A stretch of DNA of 46,806 nucleotides, from positions 1 to 46,806 of the forward strand of contig MVQS01000086.1 in NCBI GenBank assembly GCA_002067855.1. The letters run 5' to 3'. The position numbers were made by a program, and so were the translations under genes. This DNA is from Syntrophaceae bacterium PtaB.Bin038. Its GTDB lineage: Bacteria; Desulfobacterota; Syntrophia; Syntrophales; UBA2192. The notes beneath the pieces were generated by a model, which ran no database searches, was not told the DNA's origin, and saw only the letters and a program-made list of their open reading frames with translations. This document shows, one piece after another, positions 7,371 through 14,182 of this stretch. Position 1 is the first letter of the stretch; each line of letters begins with the position of its first letter.

Positions 7371-7412
7371 ACCTGTCACCTGTCACCTGTCACCTGTCAC
7401 CTATCACCTGTC
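7371..7412. repeat. heptanucleotide tandem repeat (ACCTGTC)x6, one variant unit ACCTATC; it reads (GGTGACA)n on the transcribed minus strand
   Basis: Read directly from the sequence. The units are 7371-77, 78-84, 85-91, 92-98, 99-405 and 406-412. The stop codon of the HD gene (7397-7399) lies inside the repeat. Confidence 0.95.
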
Positions 7413-8137
7413 AGTTCCGCGTAGAGCCTTCTGCCGATCTCCATCCCCCGGTCGATGAAATCCGGTCCGTAACGACGACCCGTAGCGCTTCGGAAGGTTT
7501 CCCGGATCCGGGCCACACCCTCCATCCCTTGCAGAAACCGGCCGAGCAAGGCATGCAACGGCACGTCCCGCCTCGAGACCATCTCCCAGAGCATCTCGGA
7601 GAAATTGTCGGGGCCCCAGCGGAACTTGTCGGCATCGTAGAGGGCATCGGACAGGAGCTGCCCGTCCTCGTCGGCCATGGGCAGCGAGGGCCGAAAGGCT
7701 TCGTGGTTCGCGATGGCCCCCACGATCGCTTTCCGCTCCGCCTCCCGGAGATCGTAATCCGCGAGAATCCTCCTCGCCTCTTCGGCCCCCAGGCGCGCGT
7801 GTTCCTTCTCTTCCCGCCGGATGTCGTGAAGGACGCCGGCCACGTGAGCCAGGGTGACGAGCCTGCGGACCCTGTCCGGCTCGCCCGACGGATCGCGCTC
7901 GACGAGAACGATGGCACCCGCGTCCACGGCCACCTTCGTCGCATGGCGCAGCCCGTGGCCGATGCGGTCGGGCCGCTCTTCCATCAAGGCGACGGCCCTG
8001 CCGACCAGAGGGTCCCCTTTGAACAGGGACGCGGATGCCCCCACGCATCCCGCCTGCATCTCATAGAAGAGGGGCTCCCCGACCTCGCGGGCGATCCTCC
8101 GTGCGATTTCCTGTGCCTGCCGGTACTCTTCTCTCAC
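7397..8137 (-). CDS. HD-domain metal-dependent phosphohydrolase
   Basis: 246 aa. GTG start with a GGGAGA SD. H...HD signature: GHGLRHATKV...LAHVAGVLHDIRR. Confidence 0.8.
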   Translation of the reverse strand: MREEYRQAQEIARRIAREVGEPLFYEMQAGCVGASASLFKGDPLVGRAVALMEERPDRIGHGLRHATKVAVDAGAIVLVERDPSGEPDRVRRLVTLAHVAGVLHDIRREEKEHARLGAEEARRILADYDLREAERKAIVGAIANHEAFRPSLPMADEDGQLLSDALYDADKFRWGPDNFSEMLWEMVSRRDVPLHALLGRFLQGMEGVARIRETFRSATGRRYGPDFIDRGMEIGRRLYAELTGDR

Positions 8138-8244
8138 GCCGTCTCCCTGCCGCGGACCGCGGCGAAGACCGCATCATAGGGTCCCGTGTAAAGATTATCA
8201 CGGAAAAAGGGGGGAAGGGTAGCGGATTCCCTCGCCGCCGTCGC

Positions 8245-9588
8245 TCAGGGTATTCTCACAAGGACCCCGACGAGCCGCTCCAGGTGCCGCAGGGTGTTGC
8301 ACTCCATGACCAGATCGCAGTGGTGCATGTACCGCTTCATCTCCGAGTCCCCCGTCCCCCACATGGGAGGCGTCTCCGGGTTGAGCCAGATGAGACGCCG
8401 GCTGCGCTCGCCGATCTTCTGCAGGAGCTCCTCGGCCGGGTCGCCGTAGTTGCTGCGGGCATCGCCCAGGATGATGACGGTCGTCTTTCCCGTGACCGCC
8501 TCGAGGTGACGGTGCGTGAAGTCCCAGAAGGCGCTCCCGTAGTCGGTGCGGCCCATGTGAATGTCGAGGCCCTCTCCGGTGCGAAGCCGCTCGACGGCCT
8601 CCGCGATGGGCGTGCCGTCGAAAACGTGGCTGACCTCGACGAGGCTCGAGCAGAAGACGAACGAGCGGATGCGGGCCACCACCTCGTTGAGCCCGTAGAG
8701 CATGAGAAGGCAGAATCGGACCACCGTGGACATGGAACGGCTCACGTCGCAGAGGATGACCACGTCGGGCCGGTTCACCCTCTTCTTCTTCCAGCGTGTC
8801 TCGAACAGCAGGCCGCCGTGGGGCATGCCGGCCCGCAGGGTCCGCTTGAAATCCAGCGCCCCGCGTTTCGCCCTGCGTCGCCTTCGCGAGAAGCGTTCGT
8901 TCATCCGCTTGACGAGCTTGCGGATGAGCATGTGCATGCGCTCGTAATGCCGCTCCTCCAGCTCCGTGAGCCGGACGTCCTGCAGGTACCGCTCGATGAT
9001 CCGTTCCGTGCTTTCACGGGCGAAGACGGCGTACTGTTCCTCGACGAACCGGCGCACCATGTCGATCAGCGCGTCGCGGCCCTGCTCGAGCTGCCGCGCC
9101 GTGCCTTCGGCGCCCGCGCTCCCTTCCCGGTACAGGTCCGCCACGTACCGGTCGAGCCGATCCAGTTCGAGAGCCTGGAGAATCCGTGCCGTGAACATTC
9201 CTCTCTGGGTGAAGTAGCGGATGGACTGCAGGTCGGAGGCCCGCGCCGCATCCCGAACGGCAAGGGCGACTCCGCCCATGTCCCCCTCCAGGATCATGCC
9301 CCCGATGGGCGGCATGTCCGACGGCATCTCGTCCTCCCCGGATGCCCGGCCCTGCGGCATCGGGGACTTCAGGCTCTCGAAGGTGAAGAACCGCTCGAAA
9401 CAGTCGTCGAAGATCTCCTTCTCCGCCGCGGATTTCGCCAGGGTGGCCCCGAGGCTGCTCTTGACGACCCGACGTTCCCCGTACCCGCACAGGGCGAGGG
9501 CCTGCGCGGCGTCGATGCTCTCCGACACGGACACGGGCACTCCCGCCCCCCGCAGGGAGACGATGAAGCTGTTCAGGACACGATCCAT
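8245..9588 (-). CDS. VWA-domain protein, CoxE-like
   Basis: I set the start at ATG 9588 (MDRVLNSFIVSLRGAGVPVSVSESIDAAQAL...), which overlaps the moxR stop by 1 nt (TGATG). MIDAS-like motif VILCDVSRSMS. The C-terminal WLNPE...WGTGDSEM...C pattern is typical of CoxE-type VWA proteins. The remaining 243 N-terminal codons of ORF 8245..10317 are an off-frame read through moxR. Confidence 0.8.
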   Translation of the reverse strand: MDRVLNSFIVSLRGAGVPVSVSESIDAAQALALCGYGERRVVKSSLGATLAKSAAEKEIFDDCFERFFTFESLKSPMPQGRASGEDEMPSDMPPIGGMILEGDMGGVALAVRDAARASDLQSIRYFTQRGMFTARILQALELDRLDRYVADLYREGSAGAEGTARQLEQGRDALIDMVRRFVEEQYAVFARESTERIIERYLQDVRLTELEERHYERMHMLIRKLVKRMNERFSRRRRRAKRGALDFKRTLRAGMPHGGLLFETRWKKKRVNRPDVVILCDVSRSMSTVVRFCLLMLYGLNEVVARIRSFVFCSSLVEVSHVFDGTPIAEAVERLRTGEGLDIHMGRTDYGSAFWDFTHRHLEAVTGKTTVIILGDARSNYGDPAEELLQKIGERSRRLIWLNPETPPMWGTGDSEMKRYMHHCDLVMECNTLRHLERLVGVLVRIP

Positions 9589-10532
9589 CAGGCGGTTTCC
9601 TTGAGGGTCCTGTCGACGAGCAGCATGAGCTTCTCGTCCACCTGCCGGATGTCCTCCTCGAACTTCAGGAACGTGTTGAGCGTCTTGCGCGTGAGGTCGC
9701 GGTCGAGGCCCTCGGCGTGCAGCAGGATCAGGGCCCTGGCCCAGTCGATCGTCTCGCTGATGGAGGGCGTTTTCTTGAGCTCGAGTTTCCGGATCTCGTG
9801 GATGAATGCCACGAGCTGCCTCTCGAGCCGGTCCGGGATGCCGGGCACGTGGTACCGGACGATCGCCCGCTCGAGTTCGGGCTGCGGGCAGGGGATGAAG
9901 AGGTGCAGGCACCTCCGCTTGAGCGCCTCGCTCAACTCGCGCGTGCTGTTGCTGGTGAGAAAGACGTAGGGACGGGTCTGCGAGCGGACCGTCCCGATCT
10001 CGGGAATCGACACCTGGAAGTCCGACAGGATCTCGAGCAGGAAGGCCTCGAACTCCTCGTCGGCCTTGTCCACCTCGTCGATGAGAAGGACGGCCCCCTG
10101 CTCCTCCTGGAGTGCCCTGAGCAGCGGCCGGGGCTCGAGGAACTGCGGAGAGTAGAAGATGTCCTCGTACTGGTGAAGCGTCCGGATCGACTCGCCGAGG
10201 TCGCTGTCCCTGCTCACGATCCGGTCGAGCTTGTCCCGCAGCAGCTGCGTGTAGAGAAGCTGTTTGCCGTACTTCCACTCGTAGAGCGCCTTGGACTCGT
10301 CGAGTCCCTCGTAGCACTGCAGACGGATCAGCGGTACATTCATGAACGCGGCCGCCTTTTTCGCCAGCTCGGTTTTGCCGACGCCTGCCGGCCCTTCGAT
10401 GAGAACGGGCTTTTCGAGGTGAAAGGCGAGGTAGACCGTTGTCGCGATCTCCGTGTTGCAGATGTAGCCGACCCCCTTGAGCCCTTCCCGTACCCCGTCG
10501 ACCGACTTGAATGTTCCGTCTCGATCCGTCAT
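9588..10532 (-). CDS. MoxR-family AAA+ ATPase (CoxD-like)
   Basis: I set the start at ATG 10532 (MTDRDGTFKS...) with the SD AAGGAGAGG. Walker A is GPAGVGKT and Walker B is LLIDEVDKA. The C-terminal SISETIDWARAL motif is present. The ATG overlaps the upstream stop as ATGA. Confidence 0.9.
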   Translation of the reverse strand: MTDRDGTFKSVDGVREGLKGVGYICNTEIATTVYLAFHLEKPVLIEGPAGVGKTELAKKAAAFMNVPLIRLQCYEGLDESKALYEWKYGKQLLYTQLLRDKLDRIVSRDSDLGESIRTLHQYEDIFYSPQFLEPRPLLRALQEEQGAVLLIDEVDKADEEFEAFLLEILSDFQVSIPEIGTVRSQTRPYVFLTSNSTRELSEALKRRCLHLFIPCPQPELERAIVRYHVPGIPDRLERQLVAFIHEIRKLELKKTPSISETIDWARALILLHAEGLDRDLTRKTLNTFLKFEEDIRQVDEKLMLLVDRTLKETA

Positions 10533-11659
10533 GACCTCTCCTTTCCGTCGAGCCACGAGTATCCCCAGTTGCGCCGGCGCGCCCGCGATGCGGGTTCCCC
10601 GAGGGCTAGCAAGGTGTCCACGTCTATTCCGAGAGCATCGGGATCCCCGAGCCCGCGCGCCTCGAATGCGGCGCGAAGGGATTCCCGGCATCTCTTCACC
10701 GTGAGATGAAGGGAGACGAGCGTGCGCTCCACGCCTGCGTCCCCTTGGGGGCCGTCCAGCCCGCAGGCGGCCTCCCGAGCGATCAGCCGCGCCGTCTCCA
10801 GCAGCGCCGCCGCTTCCCCGATCCGCTCCGCAGCCTCGACGGCGTCCTTCCCGGGACTCGCACGCCATCCGCGGATCCAATGCTCCAGGAGCCGATGGAG
10901 CCCCCCGGGCACCGCCCCGCCGGAGAGGAGAACGTCCTCGACGACGCGAAACGGTTTCGAGAGGTCCTCCCAGGCACGTCCCTCGCGCCCGAGAACGGCG
11001 GTCGCGGGCACGCGGCAGCGATCGAGACGGATCGAGCAATGGGCCGCCGGCTCCAGGCAGCCGAGGGGCGGTGCGTTCCGGACGGTGAGGCCCGGGCATT
11101 CCCTGGGCACGACAAAGGCCGTGAAACCCTTCCGGGCCCCCCGATGCCCCGTCACGGCGAACACGACGAAGGCGTCGGCCTCGGGCCCGTTGGTGAGCCA
11201 CGCCTTCTCGCCGTCCAGAACGTACCCGTCGCCGCTCCGGGCCGCGCGCGTCCGTATGCGTTTGGGGTCGCTTCCCGCATCCGGCTCCGAGAGGGCGATG
11301 GAGACCGTCTTTTTCCCCGACGCCATCGCCGGAAGGATCTCCCGTTTCTGCCGGCTCGTGCCGGAGCCCGCGATGAGCGTCTTCCCGACGATCAGGTGAA
11401 CCGCCCACGAGAGGGCGCGTCCGGGTCTTCCGCCGCCGCGGACGAACGCATCCAGGGCCGTCAGGATGTCGGCATAGCGGCGGCCCTGCCCCCCGTATGC
11501 CTCGGGGATGCTCCAGCCCAACATTCCGCGGCGCCCCATGGACGCCAGGAGGCCGTCGGGAACCGGCCGCCCGGCGCCGTCCAGGCGCATCCCGGCATCC
11601 CGCTTTGCAAAAGCCGCCGCCTGCTTCAGGGGCGCCGCTTCCCGTCTCGATGGTGCCAT
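10529..11659 (-). CDS. acyl-CoA dehydrogenase-like protein with a divergent C-terminal domain (no recognisable catalytic-base motif)
   Basis: 376 aa with a GAGAGGA SD. The N-terminal and middle domains look like ACAD (SIALSEPDAGSDP...GDGYVLDGEKAWLTNGPEADAFVVFA). The C-terminal third lacks the YEGT/E-type motif that is present in the bona fide ACAD at 2082. Confidence 0.7.
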   Translation of the reverse strand: MAPSRREAAPLKQAAAFAKRDAGMRLDGAGRPVPDGLLASMGRRGMLGWSIPEAYGGQGRRYADILTALDAFVRGGGRPGRALSWAVHLIVGKTLIAGSGTSRQKREILPAMASGKKTVSIALSEPDAGSDPKRIRTRAARSGDGYVLDGEKAWLTNGPEADAFVVFAVTGHRGARKGFTAFVVPRECPGLTVRNAPPLGCLEPAAHCSIRLDRCRVPATAVLGREGRAWEDLSKPFRVVEDVLLSGGAVPGGLHRLLEHWIRGWRASPGKDAVEAAERIGEAAALLETARLIAREAACGLDGPQGDAGVERTLVSLHLTVKRCRESLRAAFEARGLGDPDALGIDVDTLLALGEPASRARRRNWGYSWLDGKERS

Positions 11660-11678
11660 CGCAGTCCTCTCGCTCCCG

Positions 11679-12107
11679 CTAGGCGCCGAAGCGTTCGAAG
11701 AACGACGACAGGACTTTCTTGAAGGCCTCGATCTCGCCTTCCGTGAACGGTTCCCGGATCCTGTCGTTCACGCGCCGGATCACGACCCGGGCCCGCTCGA
11801 TCTCCTCGCTGCCGGCGCCCGTGATGAATACATGGGAGGCGCGGCGATCGGCAGTGCCCGCGTTCCGCTTGACGAACCCTTCACGCTCGAGCCTGTCCAC
11901 CAGCCCGGTGAGCGTGGAGTTGTCCAGGGTGAGCTGCGAGGAGAGCTCGGACATGGTCTGCCCGTCCTTTCTCTTCAGCAGGAAGAGGATGGCCGACTGT
12001 GCGGGGGTGATGGTGACGCCCGCTTCGGCCATGGCGTTCTTCAGGTAGGTCCGCAGCTTCTGCTGCGCCGTGAAGATCAGGTAGATCAAACGATCGTCCT
12101 TCGACAT
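11679..12107 (-). CDS. MarR-family transcriptional regulator
   Basis: I set the start at ATG 12107 (MSKDDRLIYLIFTAQQKL...) with a GGGAGGGG SD. The winged HTH is TPAQSAILFLLKRKDGQTMSELSSQLTLDNSTLTGLVDRLEREGFVKR. The ORF-track TTG at 12218 lies inside the operator/promoter DNA. Confidence 0.9.
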   Translation of the reverse strand: MSKDDRLIYLIFTAQQKLRTYLKNAMAEAGVTITPAQSAILFLLKRKDGQTMSELSSQLTLDNSTLTGLVDRLEREGFVKRNAGTADRRASHVFITGAGSEEIERARVVIRRVNDRIREPFTEGEIEAFKKVLSSFFERFGA

Positions 12108-12172
12108 GGGACCTTGCCCCTCCCGCTGCTTCCCCTCTTTGCCGGTTCCGCTGTTCCCTGCTTCCTTCTTTG

Positions 12173-12219
12173 TTTGGCATGCAAAATAAAATCCGTCAAG
12201 GATTATTTTGCAAACCAAA
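12173..12219. promoter_or_regulatory. AT-rich imperfect palindrome; candidate MarR operator overlapping the marR promoter
   Basis: TTTGGCATGCAAAATAAAATCC-GTCAA-GGATTATTTTGCAAACCAAA. It lies 66-112 nt upstream of the marR ATG and is the most AT-rich patch in this region. On the minus strand it contains a TTGACG -35-like hexamer. Confidence 0.45.
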
Positions 12220-12255
12220 TATCAGGGTCCCCGGGCCGGTCCCGAAGCCCCTGCT

Positions 12256-12711
12256 CTACAAGGATTGTTTGCCGGTCATGCTCTCTATGGTGATCTCGAT
12301 CACGCAGGCCCGATCCAGCGCGTTGCCGTCGTAGGGTCCCTCCGGCCCGCCGTAATGCGCCATGATAGCATCGAGCCCCGCACGCTTCTCCCCGCCGTCC
12401 TCGAGGAGGCGCGCCGTTCCGAACCCGATGACGCTCCGGTACTTCATCGACCAGCGGCAGGGCGAATCGCCCCCCGCGACCCTCGCACCCACGTCGACCT
12501 CGAAACAGACGCGGTTGTTCTTCCGGATCAGATCGATCTTTTTCCCCTCCCCGGCGCTGTGGAGGTACAGCCGCCCGTTGCGCATTCCGAAACTCATCGG
12601 CACGACATAGGGGAACCGGCCGTCGCTCAGCCCCAGGCGGCAGACAGGTGCCTGTTGCAATATGTCCCGGATCTCCTGTTCGTCTTGAATTTCACGCTCC
12701 CGCCTTCTCAT
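12256..12711 (-). CDS. pyridoxamine 5'-phosphate oxidase family (NimA-like flavin reductase fold) protein
   Basis: 151 aa with a GGAGGG SD. The overall pattern ...CRLGLSDGRFPYVVPMSFGMRNGRLYLHSAGEGKKIDLIRKNNRVCFEVD... fits the family. Confidence 0.75.
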   Translation of the reverse strand: MRRREREIQDEQEIRDILQQAPVCRLGLSDGRFPYVVPMSFGMRNGRLYLHSAGEGKKIDLIRKNNRVCFEVDVGARVAGGDSPCRWSMKYRSVIGFGTARLLEDGGEKRAGLDAIMAHYGGPEGPYDGNALDRACVIEITIESMTGKQSL

Positions 12712-12721
12712 CGCTCATCCC

Positions 12722-12754
12722 TCCAAAAAGAAAAGCCCACCGTGAAGTGGGCTT
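12722..12754 (-). terminator. Rho-independent terminator of the bacterioferritin gene
   Basis: On the minus strand, the 8-bp stem AAGCCCAC/GTGGGCTT with a 6-nt loop is followed by TTTTCTTTTTGG. The U-tract runs straight into the SD of the next gene. Confidence 0.7.
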
Positions 12755-12776
12755 TGATTTCGATCGGACAGACGCG

Positions 12777-13199
12777 TTACTTCAGACCCTCGAGGACTCC
12801 CTGGAAGAAGTCGTGGTGTTCCTCCTCATCGGCGAGGATCTGCTTGAAAAGCCGCACGGTCGTGTAATCATCCTCTTTCTGCGCCGCCTCGATCGTCTGC
12901 CGGTAGAGCTTGAGCGCCCCCTCCTCGTCCTTCAGGTCCGTCGCGAGCATCTCCTTGAGCGTCGTGCCGACGAAGATGGGTTCCGGCTTCGTCGTCGGGA
13001 TGCCTCCGAGGTAGAAAAGCCGCTCCGCGATCGCCTCGGCGTGCTTCATTTCCTGGATGGCGATTTTCTTCAGCTCGTCCTTGACCGCGTAATGGGGAAT
13101 CCCGGACCACTGGACGTGCTGCCACATGTACTGGACCGACACCTGGATCTCCCGGGCGATCCCCTTGTTCAAGAGCTCCAACAGTTTCTTGCTTGCCAT
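12777..13199 (-). CDS. bfr: bacterioferritin-family (ferritin-like di-iron) protein
   Basis: I set the start at ATG 13199 (MASKKLLELLNKGIAREIQVSVQYMWQH...) with an AAGGAGA SD. Di-iron ligand motifs are QEMKHAE and ADEEEHH. Confidence 0.85.
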   Translation of the reverse strand: MASKKLLELLNKGIAREIQVSVQYMWQHVQWSGIPHYAVKDELKKIAIQEMKHAEAIAERLFYLGGIPTTKPEPIFVGTTLKEMLATDLKDEEGALKLYRQTIEAAQKEDDYTTVRLFKQILADEEEHHDFFQGVLEGLK

Positions 13200-13294
13200 G
13201 GCCGATCTCCTTTTCTGTTTGGATGGGCTGAATGTTACAGTAAAGAAGTTTCGCGTTTTCGTCAACGACTTTGGCCGTCTTGCGGGGGGGGAGA

Positions 13295-13330
13295 CAAGAA
13301 ACCCCGCTCCGTGAGGGGCGGGGTTTCTTG
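13295..13330 (-). terminator. strong 13-bp hairpin downstream of the desulforedoxin-fusion gene (no clear U-tract)
   Basis: Perfect arms CAAGAAACCCCGC (13295-13307) / GCGGGGTTTCTTG (13318-13330). It lies between the stop at 13418 and the bfr promoter region. Confidence 0.4.
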
Positions 13331-13417
13331 CCTGCGCTTGATCGGGAAGCCGCACGCAAGCTGCCCTGCCGGGCCGCCTGCACCGGCCAGCTCAGTCGTT
13401 GCGCCGCTGCGACCGTT

Positions 13418-13768
13418 TTACTTCTTTGCCTTTGCCTTGGGTTTGGCCTTTGCCTTGGGTTTCGCCGCCTTCTTCACGGGCTTCGACGTCTTCTTCGGGG
13501 CGGCCTTCGCCTTCGTCGCCTTCTTTGCGGGCTTCGCCGCCTTCTTCTCGGGTTTCGCCGCCTTCGTCGCGGGCTTCGCTGCCTTCTTCGCGGGCTTCGC
13601 TGCCTTCTTCGCGGGCTTCGCAGCCTTCTTCATCGTTGTCTTTCCTTTCTCCATGGGGATGTCACAGCAGATCAGTTCACCGACGGCACAGTCACAGCTC
13701 TCGTCGACAGCAACGACCAGGCCGCACACCTCGCAAGTGAACAGATCACCCTTCTTCGCCTTTGCCAT
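13418..13768 (-). CDS. desulforedoxin-type Fe(Cys)4 domain fused to a Lys/Ala/Pro-rich histone-H1-like repeat tail
   Basis: 116 aa with the SD AAGGAGGAG. The N-terminus KGDLFTCEVCGLVVAVDESCDCAVGELICCDIPM matches the desulforedoxin / desulfoferrodoxin N-domain pattern (CxxC...CC). The tail is KKAAKPAKKAAKPAKKAAKPATKAAKPEKKAAKPAKKATKAKAAPKK...KAKAKPKAKAKK. Confidence 0.8.
   Translation of the reverse strand: MAKAKKGDLFTCEVCGLVVAVDESCDCAVGELICCDIPMEKGKTTMKKAAKPAKKAAKPAKKAAKPATKAAKPEKKAAKPAKKATKAKAAPKKTSKPVKKAAKPKAKAKPKAKAKK
13421..13633. repeat. coding tandem repeat with a 21-nt unit (GGGCTTCGCTGCCTTCTTCGC) encoding the KKAAKPA heptads
   Basis: Two identical units lie at 13571-13612 and degenerate units flank them on both sides. 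The repeat is entirely inside the CDS 13418..13768. Confidence 0.85.
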
Positions 13769-14182
13769 CTTGATCTCCTCCTTGTTTTTGTGTGTCGTTC
13801 TCGCGCTTCCCGCATCAGGAGTGAATTTTGTCTACCTGTTTTTCCCCCCCATTTCAAGCATTTTCTGTGTCTTTTGCTCCCCGTGCGTGACGCGCGACTC
13901 TTCCTTCCTGCGCGGCCGGATCGCTTCGAACTTGCGCAAACCCTCTCCCGCGGCCTGTTTGCCGATGCCCTGCAACGCCGAGCCCGCGGATTCGTCCGCG
14001 TCGCCGACGCCCCTGCAGACGTTCCGCATCGCCGCCGAAGCGGCCGCTTCGCCCCTTTTTGTGAGTTGAAATATTCTTGCGCTTGTGGGAAATTGATTGC
14101 GCCGGTTCGTCGATCCCGGCACCCGCCGTTTTCGGTTTTTGTTCCCTTCGACCGCAGCCGCGTGACGCAAACGGAGAGCAAC

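Noticed and set aside
7371-7412. Possible CRISPR or mini-satellite
   Set aside because: The unit is only 7 nt with no spacers, so I classified it as a heptanucleotide tandem repeat instead.
8035-9969. 644-aa ORF on the plus strand
   Set aside because: It runs antisense to the VWA and MoxR genes, which have clear family motifs, SDs and coupled starts. Its translation is Arg/Pro/Gly-rich low-complexity sequence, typical of shadow ORFs in G+C-rich DNA.
8245-10532. MoxR-VWA pair as an anti-phage or conflict system
   Set aside because: The sequences match the CoxD/CoxE maturation-type subfamilies. The genes are coupled to a metabolic-looking ACAD-fold gene and a MarR regulator. There are no nuclease, protease or other effector domains nearby.
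13421-13633. Regular 21-nt tandem repeats that could be mistaken for a CRISPR-like array
   Set aside because: The units are contiguous with no spacers. They lie wholly inside a CDS and encode the KKAAKPA heptad tail. There are no cas genes.
13271-14182. Long N-terminal extensions in the ORF track. Examples: 13271 for DUF748, 3909 for the small membrane protein, 10317 for VWA, 11408 for MoxR, 22799 for DUF1015, 36459 for miaA, 36251 for MATE, 40110 for thiL, 13355 for bfr
   Set aside because: The extensions run through neighbouring genes, promoters or repeat spacers. They show low GC3 or Arg/Pro-rich nonsense and lack SDs. The internal starts have SDs and give family-typical N-termini.
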